Shown here: positions 37,411 to 47,494 of the stretch, piece after piece | Layout of the letters: every line of letters starts with the position of its first letter | Numbering within the stretch: the first letter of the stretch is position 1 | Virus record (IMG/VR): IMGVR_UViG_3300020465_001196 | DNA from: a virus | Lineage: Duplodnaviria > Caudoviricetes | DNA: 64,000 bases | Direction: 5' to 3' (one strand) | Made by a program: the position numbers and the translations under genes | Notes under the pieces: model-generated | What the model was told of the DNA's origin: nothing | Seen by the model: the letters and a program-made list of their open reading frames with translations, nothing else | Database searches by the model: none

Positions 37411-38097
37411 ATGACCAATAGAATCAATGTGATTACTTCTGGGTGTAGTTTCACATATAACAGTGAAATGACCTGGGTAGGTAAATTAGAAGAATTGTGG
37501 AACGTACACAATGTGGCTTCTTGTGCCGCAGGCCAAGATTATATTTCAAGACAAGCAATTGCAAAATGTGAAGAACTACAAGGTCAAAAAAATATTTTAA
37601 TTTGTCAATGGAGTGGAATTCATAGACGTGCATTTTTAACTGAACATGATTTTGGTTTTGAACAAGGTTCTCCATATATGGATAAAACACAAAATGGTTA
37701 TTGGGTAAAGAATGGTGGTAATGGTGTAGACAGTCAAGTATCTGAAAATGATTTAGCAGAAAAACATTTGTTTGAACCTTACAGAAAAATTTATAACGAA
37801 CAACAAGGTGCTATAGAAAGTTTAGAACACATAGCAAGAACACAATGGTATTGTAAACTTAATAGAATACCAATGTTAAACTTTTGGTGGAAAGATGAAT
37901 TATCAAATATCGATATAGATGTATCATTAGTTGATTGGAAACAATTTTGGTTTTACAAGAAAACAGGTGGTATGGCAGAATGGTGTGTAGATGAAATGTG
38001 GGATCCTGGATTTGCTGACGGCAATCATCCTACAAAAGAACACCATGATAAATTTGCAGAAGATGTTATTATTCCTTGGATAGGAGATAATATATGA
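37411..38097 (+). CDS. SGNH-hydrolase-like protein 1
   Basis: ITSGCSFT, WSGIHR, DGNHP. Confidence 0.7.
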   Translation: MTNRINVITSGCSFTYNSEMTWVGKLEELWNVHNVASCAAGQDYISRQAIAKCEELQGQKNILICQWSGIHRRAFLTEHDFGFEQGSPYMDKTQNGYWVKNGGNGVDSQVSENDLAEKHLFEPYRKIYNEQQGAIESLEHIARTQWYCKLNRIPMLNFWWKDELSNIDIDVSLVDWKQFWFYKKTGGMAEWCVDEMWDPGFADGNHPTKEHHDKFAEDVIIPWIGDNI

Positions 38098-38651
38098 TAG
38101 ATTCATTTGGACATGGTGGAAAATTATATTCAAACAAAGATTGGAATTATATTGCTGTTCCTAAATGTGCATCATCAGTTATAATAGATACTTTAAAAAT
38201 GAAAGAAGTAAAAAACAAAAAAAATAATAAGTCTTTTACTTTTATAAGATTACCATTTGCTCGTTTAAAAAGTTATTTGTATCAAGAAAAATGTTTTACA
38301 GAAAAACTAACTGAAGAAAAAATAAGAAGTATAATTAATAACTTTGACCGCTTTAACGAACATTGTGTACCTTACAGTCTTTACATAAAAAAAGATAACT
38401 TTGACTTTATTGGAACATTAGAAAACTTTTACGAAGATTGGAAAAACATTTCTGATATTCACATTGAGCATATGACCGAAAGACAAAATTTTGATAACAA
38501 AGTACAAAAAGATCCAAAAACTAAAAAGTTTGTTAAAGTAGATAATAAAAAAATAGAAGATATGCATAACACAGTAATTAAAAAATATTCAAATGAATTA
38601 AGTCGTTTATATTCAGGTGACTTTGCATTATACAGTAAGGTAACAAAATGA
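38094..38651 (+). CDS. Sulfotransferase (Sulfotransfer_2-like)
   Basis: YIAVPKCASS (5'-PSB loop), IRLPFARLKSY (3'-PB), FIGTLEN. Confidence 0.75.
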   Translation: MIDSFGHGGKLYSNKDWNYIAVPKCASSVIIDTLKMKEVKNKKNNKSFTFIRLPFARLKSYLYQEKCFTEKLTEEKIRSIINNFDRFNEHCVPYSLYIKKDNFDFIGTLENFYEDWKNISDIHIEHMTERQNFDNKVQKDPKTKKFVKVDNKKIEDMHNTVIKKYSNELSRLYSGDFALYSKVTK

Positions 38652-39796
38652 CTCCATTAACTATTGGACAATATATTAAAGAAGAGTCAATAAGTCAATT
38701 TATTAAAAGCAATGAACATTATGAACTAGCCTTTTATGGAAGTGATGTTGATTATCCTTTTATACATCATGACGTTTGGTATCATGGAGTAATGAATGCT
38801 ATCAAATTTAGTAAAAAACTAGCAATATGTTATATGCGTGAACCTGCGTTTGCTCATGATGAACACGTTGAAAAACAAATACTATTGGGACATGATTTAG
38901 TTAAAGAAGGTGTACCTGCACATAAAATATATTACTTTTATTCAACTGACTTAGGTAAAGAAACGCATGAAGTTATAGCAAAGAAACATAATTTAAAACC
39001 AAAAGGATTTAATATTATTACGTTTCCTTATTATGAAGTTGACGCTTATAAAAAAATATTAGAACAAAAAGTATGCGAACACGTTCCTCCATTTGAAGCA
39101 AAACGTAAAGTTGCTGTTAGATCATTTTTGTCATTAAATGGTAAGCCAGATAAGTTTATGAGATTAAGACAAATTGTTTTATATTGGCAACGTAGATTAA
39201 TGAACAATGGATTAATTACATTAACCAGAACTGAAGAAGATATTGAAAAATATCCTAACTTAGAAGATTATTATAACGAAGTCAAAGACTTAATTAGTAA
39301 AACAGACTACGATAAATTATGTAAGCATTGGCCACATTCATTAGATGAACACAATGTTAAACAAGGATTATATGGAAAACACTTTAGTGGTTATCCTTTT
39401 GATAAAAAATTATATTTAGATACTTACTTTAGTGTAGTATCAGAAACACATAGTGGTGCACATAATTGTAATCCACAATTCTTTCCAACAGAAAAAATAT
39501 ATAAAGCAATAATAAACTGTCATCCATTTATTGCATTATCAACACAAAACTTTTTACATAATTTAAAAGAACAAGGATATAAATCTTTTAGTCCATTTAT
39601 AAACGAAGAGTACGATCAAGAACCAGATGCATATAAAAGAATGAACCTAGCAATTGATCAAGTTGAAAAATTATGCAAGGACGGTGTGCCAATAGATATG
39701 TTTTCAAATGCAATTTACAATTACACTAACTTAATTAACAGAGCTGAATCAAGTATAAAATTAGTAGAAGGAATATTTAATGAGAGTACTGTATAA
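38648..39796 (+). CDS. TEK-motif GT-B/GT10-like protein 1
   Basis: FLSLNGKP, YFSVVSET...FPTEKIYKAI...HPFI...GYKSF...EEYD. Confidence 0.55.
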   Translation: MTPLTIGQYIKEESISQFIKSNEHYELAFYGSDVDYPFIHHDVWYHGVMNAIKFSKKLAICYMREPAFAHDEHVEKQILLGHDLVKEGVPAHKIYYFYSTDLGKETHEVIAKKHNLKPKGFNIITFPYYEVDAYKKILEQKVCEHVPPFEAKRKVAVRSFLSLNGKPDKFMRLRQIVLYWQRRLMNNGLITLTRTEEDIEKYPNLEDYYNEVKDLISKTDYDKLCKHWPHSLDEHNVKQGLYGKHFSGYPFDKKLYLDTYFSVVSETHSGAHNCNPQFFPTEKIYKAIINCHPFIALSTQNFLHNLKEQGYKSFSPFINEEYDQEPDAYKRMNLAIDQVEKLCKDGVPIDMFSNAIYNYTNLINRAESSIKLVEGIFNESTV

Positions 39797-40808
39797 CAGT
39801 TATCCTTATTGGAGATATACTCCAAGTCAAAACGGAGAACGTGAAGGATTGTTTAGTGGACATCCTTTACCATTAATGGTTACACATGAAAACATATATA
39901 ACAAAGCTAAAAAAGATAACGAAGAATGTAAATTTATTATTGAAGAATTAACAGAAGCTGATATTCCTGGACCATCGTTAGATGACGGACTTCCTGTTTT
40001 TGAAATGTTACATAAGATACTTAACGAAAGTAATATTGATAAAAATGATATTCATATGATTATGCCAAGTATTAATTTTGATCAGCAATATATTACTTGG
40101 TGTAAAAAAAATAATCACAAAGAAATTATAAAGCATAGACACACATACCCATTTTATTTTTTAGATGTACAAAAGAAATATGAATACGTAAACAACTTTA
40201 ATCATAATAGAATTTGTCATATGATGAGTTTAAATGGTGCTATGAAACCTAAACGTGTAGAGTTTGTAAATTTTTGTAAAGAAAACAGACTAATGGACAA
40301 TTATATTAGTTTAGTTGGAAATTATAATACAACCGGAGAAGAAGTTGAACCTGTAATATTAGATACTAATATAAACAATTTAAAAGAAGATGATAAACCT
40401 GTTCCATTAGATATGATGTATCAATCTTGGTTAAATGTTATTAATGAAACACACGAAGATGATACAATATTCTTTACTGAGAAATCATGGAAGCCAATAT
40501 TAAATTTACAATTGTTTTTATATTATGGAGTTGGTAATCCATCTGCATACTATAAAGCATTAGAATCATTTGGATTTAAGTTGTATGATGAAATATTTGA
40601 TTACAATAATGATCCTAAAAAAGAAATATTAAAATTTTGTTCAACACCTTTGCCACTTATACAGTCTGAAATAGTTGAGCAAGTTAAAGATAAAATGTTA
40701 TATAATCAACGTTTAGCTCTTGACACAGATTGGAGAGACGTATATCATAAGAAAATATACAAAGGAATATATGGAAAAGAAAAAGTATCTAATAACGTCT
40801 GGATGTAG
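39780..40808 (+). CDS. TEK-motif GT-B/GT10-like protein 2
   Basis: MSLNGAMKPKR, NVINET...FFTEKSWKPI...FGFKLYDEIFDY. Confidence 0.55.
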   Translation: MRVLYNSYPYWRYTPSQNGEREGLFSGHPLPLMVTHENIYNKAKKDNEECKFIIEELTEADIPGPSLDDGLPVFEMLHKILNESNIDKNDIHMIMPSINFDQQYITWCKKNNHKEIIKHRHTYPFYFLDVQKKYEYVNNFNHNRICHMMSLNGAMKPKRVEFVNFCKENRLMDNYISLVGNYNTTGEEVEPVILDTNINNLKEDDKPVPLDMMYQSWLNVINETHEDDTIFFTEKSWKPILNLQLFLYYGVGNPSAYYKALESFGFKLYDEIFDYNNDPKKEILKFCSTPLPLIQSEIVEQVKDKMLYNQRLALDTDWRDVYHKKIYKGIYGKEKVSNNVWM

Positions 40809-41589
40809 TTTTACAGCTCATGCTGTTGAATCAAACATTGCTTGGCCAAATCATATTAAAGATTGGCAAGTAATTAACTGTGCCGAAATGGCAAGTAGTA
40901 ACGCACTTATAAGTCGTAACTTAATAGCAAACATTCCACATTACTTAGATAAAGATCCAACTGTGGCTGTGATGTGGTCAAACCCAAATCGTTTTGAATT
41001 GTTTTATAATCGAGAAGCAAACAACTATGATAAAATTTATAGAGATATGAAAGGCCAAGGAGGATTTCAAAATCAACCATTAACAGGTAAATGGCAAACA
41101 CATGACTCTTCCAATTGGGCAAAGAGCGGAGGAGGATTTGGTCATTGGGAATTTGATAGCAAAGAATTAAACCAAGATATGAAATTATATCTTACTAACT
41201 TTCATCACGAAGAATTACAATTTGTGCAAACACTAGAACATATATTAAGAATACAATGGTACTGTAAAGCACACAATTTAAAATTAATTAATATGTGTTG
41301 GCAAGATATATTCACAGGACAAAATAGTCCGGACGGAAATAATTCAACACAGAGTGGTCAATTAATAATAAACAAATATGAAAATGCTATACACCTTTGG
41401 GAATTAGTTGATTGGTCAACTTGGTGGTTTCATCACAGTCATAAACAAGAATGGTCACGCCAATATGGTGGGCTAAAAGAATGGTGTATTGATAACGGAC
41501 ATGAACAGTTTCCAGGAAGTCATCCTACAACAGAAGCACAAAAAGATTTTGCTTCTACAATTGTAGAAAGGTTAATTAATGAAACGTAA
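40771..41589 (+). CDS. SGNH-hydrolase-like protein 2
   Basis: ITSGCSFT, WSNPNR, PGSHP; start set at MEKKKY. Confidence 0.7.
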   Translation: MEKKKYLITSGCSFTAHAVESNIAWPNHIKDWQVINCAEMASSNALISRNLIANIPHYLDKDPTVAVMWSNPNRFELFYNREANNYDKIYRDMKGQGGFQNQPLTGKWQTHDSSNWAKSGGGFGHWEFDSKELNQDMKLYLTNFHHEELQFVQTLEHILRIQWYCKAHNLKLINMCWQDIFTGQNSPDGNNSTQSGQLIINKYENAIHLWELVDWSTWWFHHSHKQEWSRQYGGLKEWCIDNGHEQFPGSHPTTEAQKDFASTIVERLINET

Positions 41590-42016
41590 AATATTAATAA
41601 TGGGTTTACCAGGATCAGGTAAAACAACATTAGCAAAGCATTTGGCTCCATTGTTTAATGCAGTATTACTAAATGCAGATACAGTAAGAAAAGAAGCAAA
41701 CGATTGGGACTTTAGTCTAGAAGGTAGAGATAGACAAGCATTAAGAATGTGGACATTGGCCCAAGAAGCATTAGATGATGGTAAAACTGTTGTTGCCGAC
41801 TTTGTTTGTCCTACTGTAAAAACAAGAAAAGAATTTAATGCAGATTATACTATATGGATGAACACCATCGAAGAATCAGAATATCAAGATACAAATGATA
41901 TGTTTGAAAGACCAATTGTTGCTAATGGCGATAGTGCAGATATTGTTATTACACAGAAAGATGCAGAAACTTGGGCATATACAATCTTTCAAATAGTTGC
42001 AGGAGAAGTTGTATGA
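41579..42016 (+). CDS. cysC: Adenylyl-sulfate (APS) kinase
   Basis: GLPGSGKT P-loop, NADTVRK, DFSLEGRDRQ, VADFVCPT. Confidence 0.8.
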   Translation: MKRKILIMGLPGSGKTTLAKHLAPLFNAVLLNADTVRKEANDWDFSLEGRDRQALRMWTLAQEALDDGKTVVADFVCPTVKTRKEFNADYTIWMNTIEESEYQDTNDMFERPIVANGDSADIVITQKDAETWAYTIFQIVAGEVV

Positions 42017-42327
42017 AAAAACTTTGGGAAAAATATAAAGCACACGATAAAAAAGTAAAAGAAGCACAGGCAAATTTTAAAGTGTCTGATATAAAGAACA
42101 AATACTTTAGAGCATTAATGTGGATCTTTATGTTGAGATTTGTATGGGATATTACTACACTATTTGAAAAGTATTTGCCTATGCCTAAAGTATACAAAGT
42201 ATTAGGCTTAGGTTGGACAAAATTAGGTTACTATGTGTTTTGGTTATTATGGTTTATATTCTTAGGAGTATTGTTATATAACATACTAGGCGAACAATTA
42301 TTTGATCAGGTAATAAACGAACTATGA
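42013..42327 (+). CDS. Membrane protein (2 TM)
   Basis: Hydrophobic segments; ATGA-coupled to cysC. Confidence 0.6.
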   Translation: MKKLWEKYKAHDKKVKEAQANFKVSDIKNKYFRALMWIFMLRFVWDITTLFEKYLPMPKVYKVLGLGWTKLGYYVFWLLWFIFLGVLLYNILGEQLFDQVINEL

Positions 42328-43094
42328 AAAAAATATTAACTACAGGATGTTCATTTACTCACGCACCAAACAGTTGGGCAAATTATTTGAAAGAAGAATA
42401 TGATTTAGTTAATGTTGCTGAAGGCGGTGCTGGTAATGAAATGAATTTAAGAAATGCCAGCCTAGAAGTATTATCAGAATCATACTCTCATGTTATTGCA
42501 CAAATTAGTGGTATAAACAGATTTGAAATTATATATGATGAAAAAATGGAATCAAAAAATAATTATATACTTCCTAAAGAATATTACACTTGGATTAAAA
42601 GTACAGGAGATCAACGTTGGTGGCGAGGACTTGAACAAAACAATTTTGATTTATTTCGAACAAGTAAACATATCAGTGATAGACTAGATGCGTATATAAA
42701 ATATACACATTCGGATGTACAGCAAATATTAAGAACACTTATGAACATTGTGTTTTTACAAAAACTATGTAAAGAAAAAAATATTAACTGCTTGTTCTTT
42801 TGTTGGAAAAATGAATTTGCAATATATGAAAAACAAATTAATGAATCTGCAGAACTTACAAATTGGTGGGATCAAATTGATTGGTCAAAATTTTGGTTCC
42901 ATGGAGCAATGGGTGGACTTGCAGAATGGGGAATAGCAAATGGTTTTACTGGAGCATTACATGAAGATAAAATAAATGTTCCAGCAAAAGGTTGGCATGA
43001 TGTTGACGGGCAAAAAATTATGATTGGTCATCCGTCGACAGACTGCCACTGGAACTTTGCAAAGAAAGTAATTAAACCTTGGATTGAACAATGA
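42324..43094 (+). CDS. SGNH-hydrolase-like protein 3
   Basis: LTTGCSFT, GGAGN, ISGINR, IGHP. Confidence 0.7.
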   Translation: MKKILTTGCSFTHAPNSWANYLKEEYDLVNVAEGGAGNEMNLRNASLEVLSESYSHVIAQISGINRFEIIYDEKMESKNNYILPKEYYTWIKSTGDQRWWRGLEQNNFDLFRTSKHISDRLDAYIKYTHSDVQQILRTLMNIVFLQKLCKEKNINCLFFCWKNEFAIYEKQINESAELTNWWDQIDWSKFWFHGAMGGLAEWGIANGFTGALHEDKINVPAKGWHDVDGQKIMIGHPSTDCHWNFAKKVIKPWIEQ

Positions 43095-43321
43095 CAAAAA
43101 CATACATACACGTTAACCAACATAAAATTAGGAGTAATAAAAAACATGGGACTAATGAACCTGTTATCACTATTAAACGTGGAAGTAGGAATGACTATTG
43201 TCATGCCGTTAAAATATTGGGCGATAGTACTGTTCGTTATGGTGGCAATGATAAGCCTATCCTTAGTTGCGGTGCTAGAGTTGTTATAGAAACTGAAGCG
43301 GAAGTTAAAATTGTAGAATGA
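43091..43321 (+). CDS. Conserved marine phage hypothetical protein
   Basis: YIHVNQHKIRSN...LSCGARVVIET; coupled to its neighbours. Confidence 0.65.
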   Translation: MTKTYIHVNQHKIRSNKKHGTNEPVITIKRGSRNDYCHAVKILGDSTVRYGGNDKPILSCGARVVIETEAEVKIVE

Positions 43322-44637
43322 TCAATTTATTATATCAAACTTGGATTAATGAAGTACCTATTTCAAATAGTGTACCTCCACACAAACGCAAAATAAATTC
43401 TAATGGTTACGGAAATGTTAAATGTAATTACATAGAAAAAATGTTTGAAGTTGAAGATATTAAATGGAATTCAAAAAACATAGACACAGTTAATCCAAAC
43501 GAAATTACATATTATCATATACAACCAGAATGGATTGACTTGGCTTTCTTTTATGAAAATGTATTTCATCATATTGATGACAATGTGTTAAACTTGTTAC
43601 GTGATCCAAATAATAAAGTAAGAGTATTAATATGGTTTCCAAGTGAAGGCTTTCATTTATCAATGCCAAGATTCTTAGATGATATAACTTGGAGTATTAC
43701 TGATAAAGGAATTCCTTTTGAAAAAGTATATATGGTTTATGGTGATTTAAATATCGAACAAAATTATAAAACATACATGAAAGTAAAACGTTTTGGTAAT
43801 GATCAAAAAATTAATATGTATCCTTTTAATATATTTGAAACAAACTACAGACATGAATGCGATGTAAGATACTTTATGAATCATAAACATAAAGGTGTAT
43901 CTAATGAATTAATTGATGCTTCTGAACTATCAAAAGATCATATACGTTCACACAAATTTTTATGTAAGAATGCAAATCCAAGAGAACACAGAATTTATAT
44001 ATTAAGCGAGTTATATCGTAAAGGCTATCAAGATCAAACTATACATAGTTTTTTAAATAGATATTTTACACCAGACAGTATTGGTAATTTAAGAAGTTAC
44101 CTAACACAAGAAGATATGCATTTAGCAAAGACTATTGACAGTTATGGTAAGCAATGGCTAAAAGAAAAAACACCAATAATACTTGATCATAATGCTGATA
44201 CGATTGGTGATGATATGAACCAACGTATACTAACTAAAGAACATTTTACTGAAACATATTTTAGTTTTGTAACTGAAACTGTATTTGAATCACAACCAGG
44301 TTCTCCATTATTTGTTACTGAAAAAACATATATGCCTTTTGTAAATTATCATCCTTTTATTATTACAAGTGGTACTGGGTGTTTACAATATTTAAAGGAC
44401 CAAGGATACGAAACGTTTCCAGAAATATTTGATGAGTCATATGACAATATTAATAACAGGGCAGAAAGATTAAAATCTATAATGAATAATATCGAACGTA
44501 TATGCAAAATGGATATTAAAGAATTGCATAAACTATATTGGAGTGTTTGGGATAAACTAGAACACAATAGAAATCATTTTTTTCAAAGGAGTCACGCTAA
44601 TCGTTGGACTAAATTATTGGAATTTTTATCCAGATAA
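43318..44637 (+). CDS. TEK-motif GT-B/GT10-like protein 3
   Basis: FLCKNANPREHR, YFSFVTET...FVTEKTYMP...HPFI...GYETFPEIFDESYD. Confidence 0.55.
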   Translation: MINLLYQTWINEVPISNSVPPHKRKINSNGYGNVKCNYIEKMFEVEDIKWNSKNIDTVNPNEITYYHIQPEWIDLAFFYENVFHHIDDNVLNLLRDPNNKVRVLIWFPSEGFHLSMPRFLDDITWSITDKGIPFEKVYMVYGDLNIEQNYKTYMKVKRFGNDQKINMYPFNIFETNYRHECDVRYFMNHKHKGVSNELIDASELSKDHIRSHKFLCKNANPREHRIYILSELYRKGYQDQTIHSFLNRYFTPDSIGNLRSYLTQEDMHLAKTIDSYGKQWLKEKTPIILDHNADTIGDDMNQRILTKEHFTETYFSFVTETVFESQPGSPLFVTEKTYMPFVNYHPFIITSGTGCLQYLKDQGYETFPEIFDESYDNINNRAERLKSIMNNIERICKMDIKELHKLYWSVWDKLEHNRNHFFQRSHANRWTKLLEFLSR

Positions 44638-44648
44638 GTATATACATC

Positions 44649-45263
44649 ATGTCAAAGAAAACAGAAAAAGAACTAAAAAGAGTCAGAGGAAGAATGTTAA
44701 TTTCAATGCCACACATGGCTGACCCACGATTCTATAAAACTACATTAGCAGTTATACGGCACGATGCCAGTGGTGCAAGTGCTATTATTTTTAACAAGCC
44801 ATCTAAAAGTTTAATCTTTAGTGAAGTATGTTTAGACATGGGATTAAAATGTCATCCTAAATGGAAAAATCAACCAATATATTATGGCGGCCCAATTAAC
44901 ACATCACAAATATTTGTTATACATAGTAGCGACTATCATGATAAAGATACAATGAACGTTGCTCCAAGTATATCACTAACTTCAAATAAAGCAATAATAC
45001 AAACCATTGCAGAAGACAAAGGTCCTAATTTATTTAAAGTTGCAGTTGGTTGTGCAATATGGAGTCCAGATCAACTTGATGATGAAATAGAAGGAGCATG
45101 GCCACGTGATGGAGTTATCAGTTGGTTGCATACAGATTTAAATCCAGCTAACGTATACTCTACAAAAGATAATTGGAATGACGCTATAGAATTATACAGC
45201 CAGTCAATGGCTTCAAACATATTAAAAAGGTTAGAAGTAGAAGATGCCAAATATAATTTCTAA
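44649..45263 (+). CDS. YqgE/AlgH (DUF179) family protein
   Basis: GRMLISMPHMADPRF, IIFNKP, YYGGP, GCAIWSPDQLDDEI; GATAAGTA box at 44633. Confidence 0.85.
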   Translation: MSKKTEKELKRVRGRMLISMPHMADPRFYKTTLAVIRHDASGASAIIFNKPSKSLIFSEVCLDMGLKCHPKWKNQPIYYGGPINTSQIFVIHSSDYHDKDTMNVAPSISLTSNKAIIQTIAEDKGPNLFKVAVGCAIWSPDQLDDEIEGAWPRDGVISWLHTDLNPANVYSTKDNWNDAIELYSQSMASNILKRLEVEDAKYNF

Positions 45264-46272
45264 AAATAATAAAAAATATCTTGTTTATGATTTTGATTGT
45301 GGCCGAGAAAAAGGTTTTGGTGACCTGTTGCAAACAAAAGACTTATGGATAAAATCAAAAGATAAACCATACGTTGTTATTTCAAATGCATATGAAGGTG
45401 AAATACATCACAAACAAGCTGATCAATTTTTAGAAAGACTTCATGCTGAACTACGAGGTTATGAACATGATAAAATTGTATTAGTAATGGCAGATGCTAA
45501 TTTAGAAAAAAATTACAAACGTTGGTATAAAAATTACAAAGAGCCAAGAGTAATTGGGCATTGTGTATACTATCCATATACATTATTAAAAAGATCTATC
45601 GAAAGTTTTAACAAATATAAAATTAATAAAAAGTATATGACTAGGAAGCCAAAGTATTTTATTTGTATGAATGGTGCCGCAAAGCCTCACAGATTTCATA
45701 TGGTAGAAACATTATATTCAAACGACTGGCATCACAAAGGTCATATTACATATCTAAACAGATATGGTGAAAACACAAAACATATGGCTAATGAAAACTT
45801 TCAAGGACAAACATTAAAATTAGACTTTGATGCTAAAACTATTGACGAAGGTGATAATCAAGAAATACTTCCACCAGAATATAGAGAAGCAATATTTGAT
45901 GTTGTAACTGAAAGTATTGTTAGTGATAGTAGTGTATTCATAACTGAAAAAACTTGGAAACCAATATTACAAAAAGTTCCTTTTTTACCATTAGGTTCAA
46001 AAAAAATGTGTAAACATTTAGAAGAATTTTTTGGAATTAAATTGTATAACAATCTATTCAATTATAGTTTTGATTATATTGATTATCCAAATAGACTACA
46101 CAGAATCAAAGAAGATAACTTAAGAAGGTTAATCAATACTCCTTTAGCGGACCTTAACGATATAATTAATTCAGATAAAATGCAAAAACAATTATCATAC
46201 AATCAAACGCAATTAATTAATTTTAAAATTCCAATGCTAATAGATGCTATTGATAAAGAGGTCAATGGATAA
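45244..46272 (+). CDS. TEK-motif GT-B/GT10-like protein 4
   Basis: FICMNGAAKPHR, FDVVTES...FITEKTWKPI...PFL. Confidence 0.55.
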   Translation: MPNIISKNNKKYLVYDFDCGREKGFGDLLQTKDLWIKSKDKPYVVISNAYEGEIHHKQADQFLERLHAELRGYEHDKIVLVMADANLEKNYKRWYKNYKEPRVIGHCVYYPYTLLKRSIESFNKYKINKKYMTRKPKYFICMNGAAKPHRFHMVETLYSNDWHHKGHITYLNRYGENTKHMANENFQGQTLKLDFDAKTIDEGDNQEILPPEYREAIFDVVTESIVSDSSVFITEKTWKPILQKVPFLPLGSKKMCKHLEEFFGIKLYNNLFNYSFDYIDYPNRLHRIKEDNLRRLINTPLADLNDIINSDKMQKQLSYNQTQLINFKIPMLIDAIDKEVNG

Positions 46273-47494
46273 AGATACTGCATTAAAAAAATCAAAACGT
46301 TTCTGTATGTTACCTTGGACACATTTACACTCATGGCCAGATGGCAGAGTGTTACCATGTTGTATGGCCCCAATGGACGAAATACTTGGTAACTTAAAAG
46401 ATCAATCATTTGAAGATATTTGGAATTCAGATAAGTTAAAGAAAATGCGTGTAGCAATGTTAAAAGATAAACCAACAAAAGAATGCACTCGTTGTTATTC
46501 TATGGAATCAAGTGGATTGAATACAACAAGAACTTGGGCTAATGAAACATTTGAAAATCATTTTGATAAAGTAGGAACTACACAAGAAGATGGTACCGTT
46601 GATAAAATTAACTTACCATATATTGATTTTAGATTTTCAAATTTATGTAACTTTAAATGTAGAACTTGTGGACCAGATTTATCATCAAGCTGGTACGAAG
46701 ATAATATTAAACTGTATGGTCCATTAAAACATCCAAAAATTATAAGGCCATATAAAGATGAAGAAACATTTTGGCAAAAAGTCGAACCATACATGGACGG
46801 ATTAGAAGAAATATATTTTGCAGGTGGTGAACCACTTATCATGGAAGAACATTATAGAATTCTTAAAAAACTTGATGAACGTAAAATGTATCACGTAAGA
46901 TTAAAATACAACACAAACTTTTCACAAATGACATTTAAAAAATTAGATGTTATGGAAATATGGAATCGTTTTGAATCTGTTAAAATAGGTGCTTCGTTAG
47001 ATGGCATGGGTAAACGTGGAGAATACTTACGTAAAGGACAATCATGGGAACAAGTTGAAGAAAATAGAAAACGTATGTTTGATATTTGTCCAGATGTATA
47101 TGTGTTCCTTGCAACTTGTTTAAATGTATATAATAGTTTCCATGTACCAGACTTTCATCATGAATGGATACAAAAAGGTTGGATTGACGCTGTTGGTGGC
47201 AGTTTGATTAATCCGTTGTTTGTACCAGAAGAACTTTCTATACAAATACTCCCAATGGAAATGAAAAAACGATTAGAAGAAAGATATGTGCAAGAACAAG
47301 AATGGTTTGACAAGTATACGCAAAATAAAGAAAAACGTTATGATAAACTAATTCATTTTATGTATGAAAAAGATTCATCACATCTTATTCCAAAGTTTTG
47401 GGAAAGAACAAATATGGTCGATAAGTTACGTAACGAAGATGTTATTTCATTGTTCCCAGAATTGATGGACCTAAAAAATCATCAACCAGTTTAG
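46265..47494 (+). CDS. N-terminal twitch-domain radical SAM protein 3
   Basis: FCMLPW...PCC...CTRC, CNFKCRTC, FAGGEP. Confidence 0.9.
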   Translation: MDKDTALKKSKRFCMLPWTHLHSWPDGRVLPCCMAPMDEILGNLKDQSFEDIWNSDKLKKMRVAMLKDKPTKECTRCYSMESSGLNTTRTWANETFENHFDKVGTTQEDGTVDKINLPYIDFRFSNLCNFKCRTCGPDLSSSWYEDNIKLYGPLKHPKIIRPYKDEETFWQKVEPYMDGLEEIYFAGGEPLIMEEHYRILKKLDERKMYHVRLKYNTNFSQMTFKKLDVMEIWNRFESVKIGASLDGMGKRGEYLRKGQSWEQVEENRKRMFDICPDVYVFLATCLNVYNSFHVPDFHHEWIQKGWIDAVGGSLINPLFVPEELSIQILPMEMKKRLEERYVQEQEWFDKYTQNKEKRYDKLIHFMYEKDSSHLIPKFWERTNMVDKLRNEDVISLFPELMDLKNHQPV

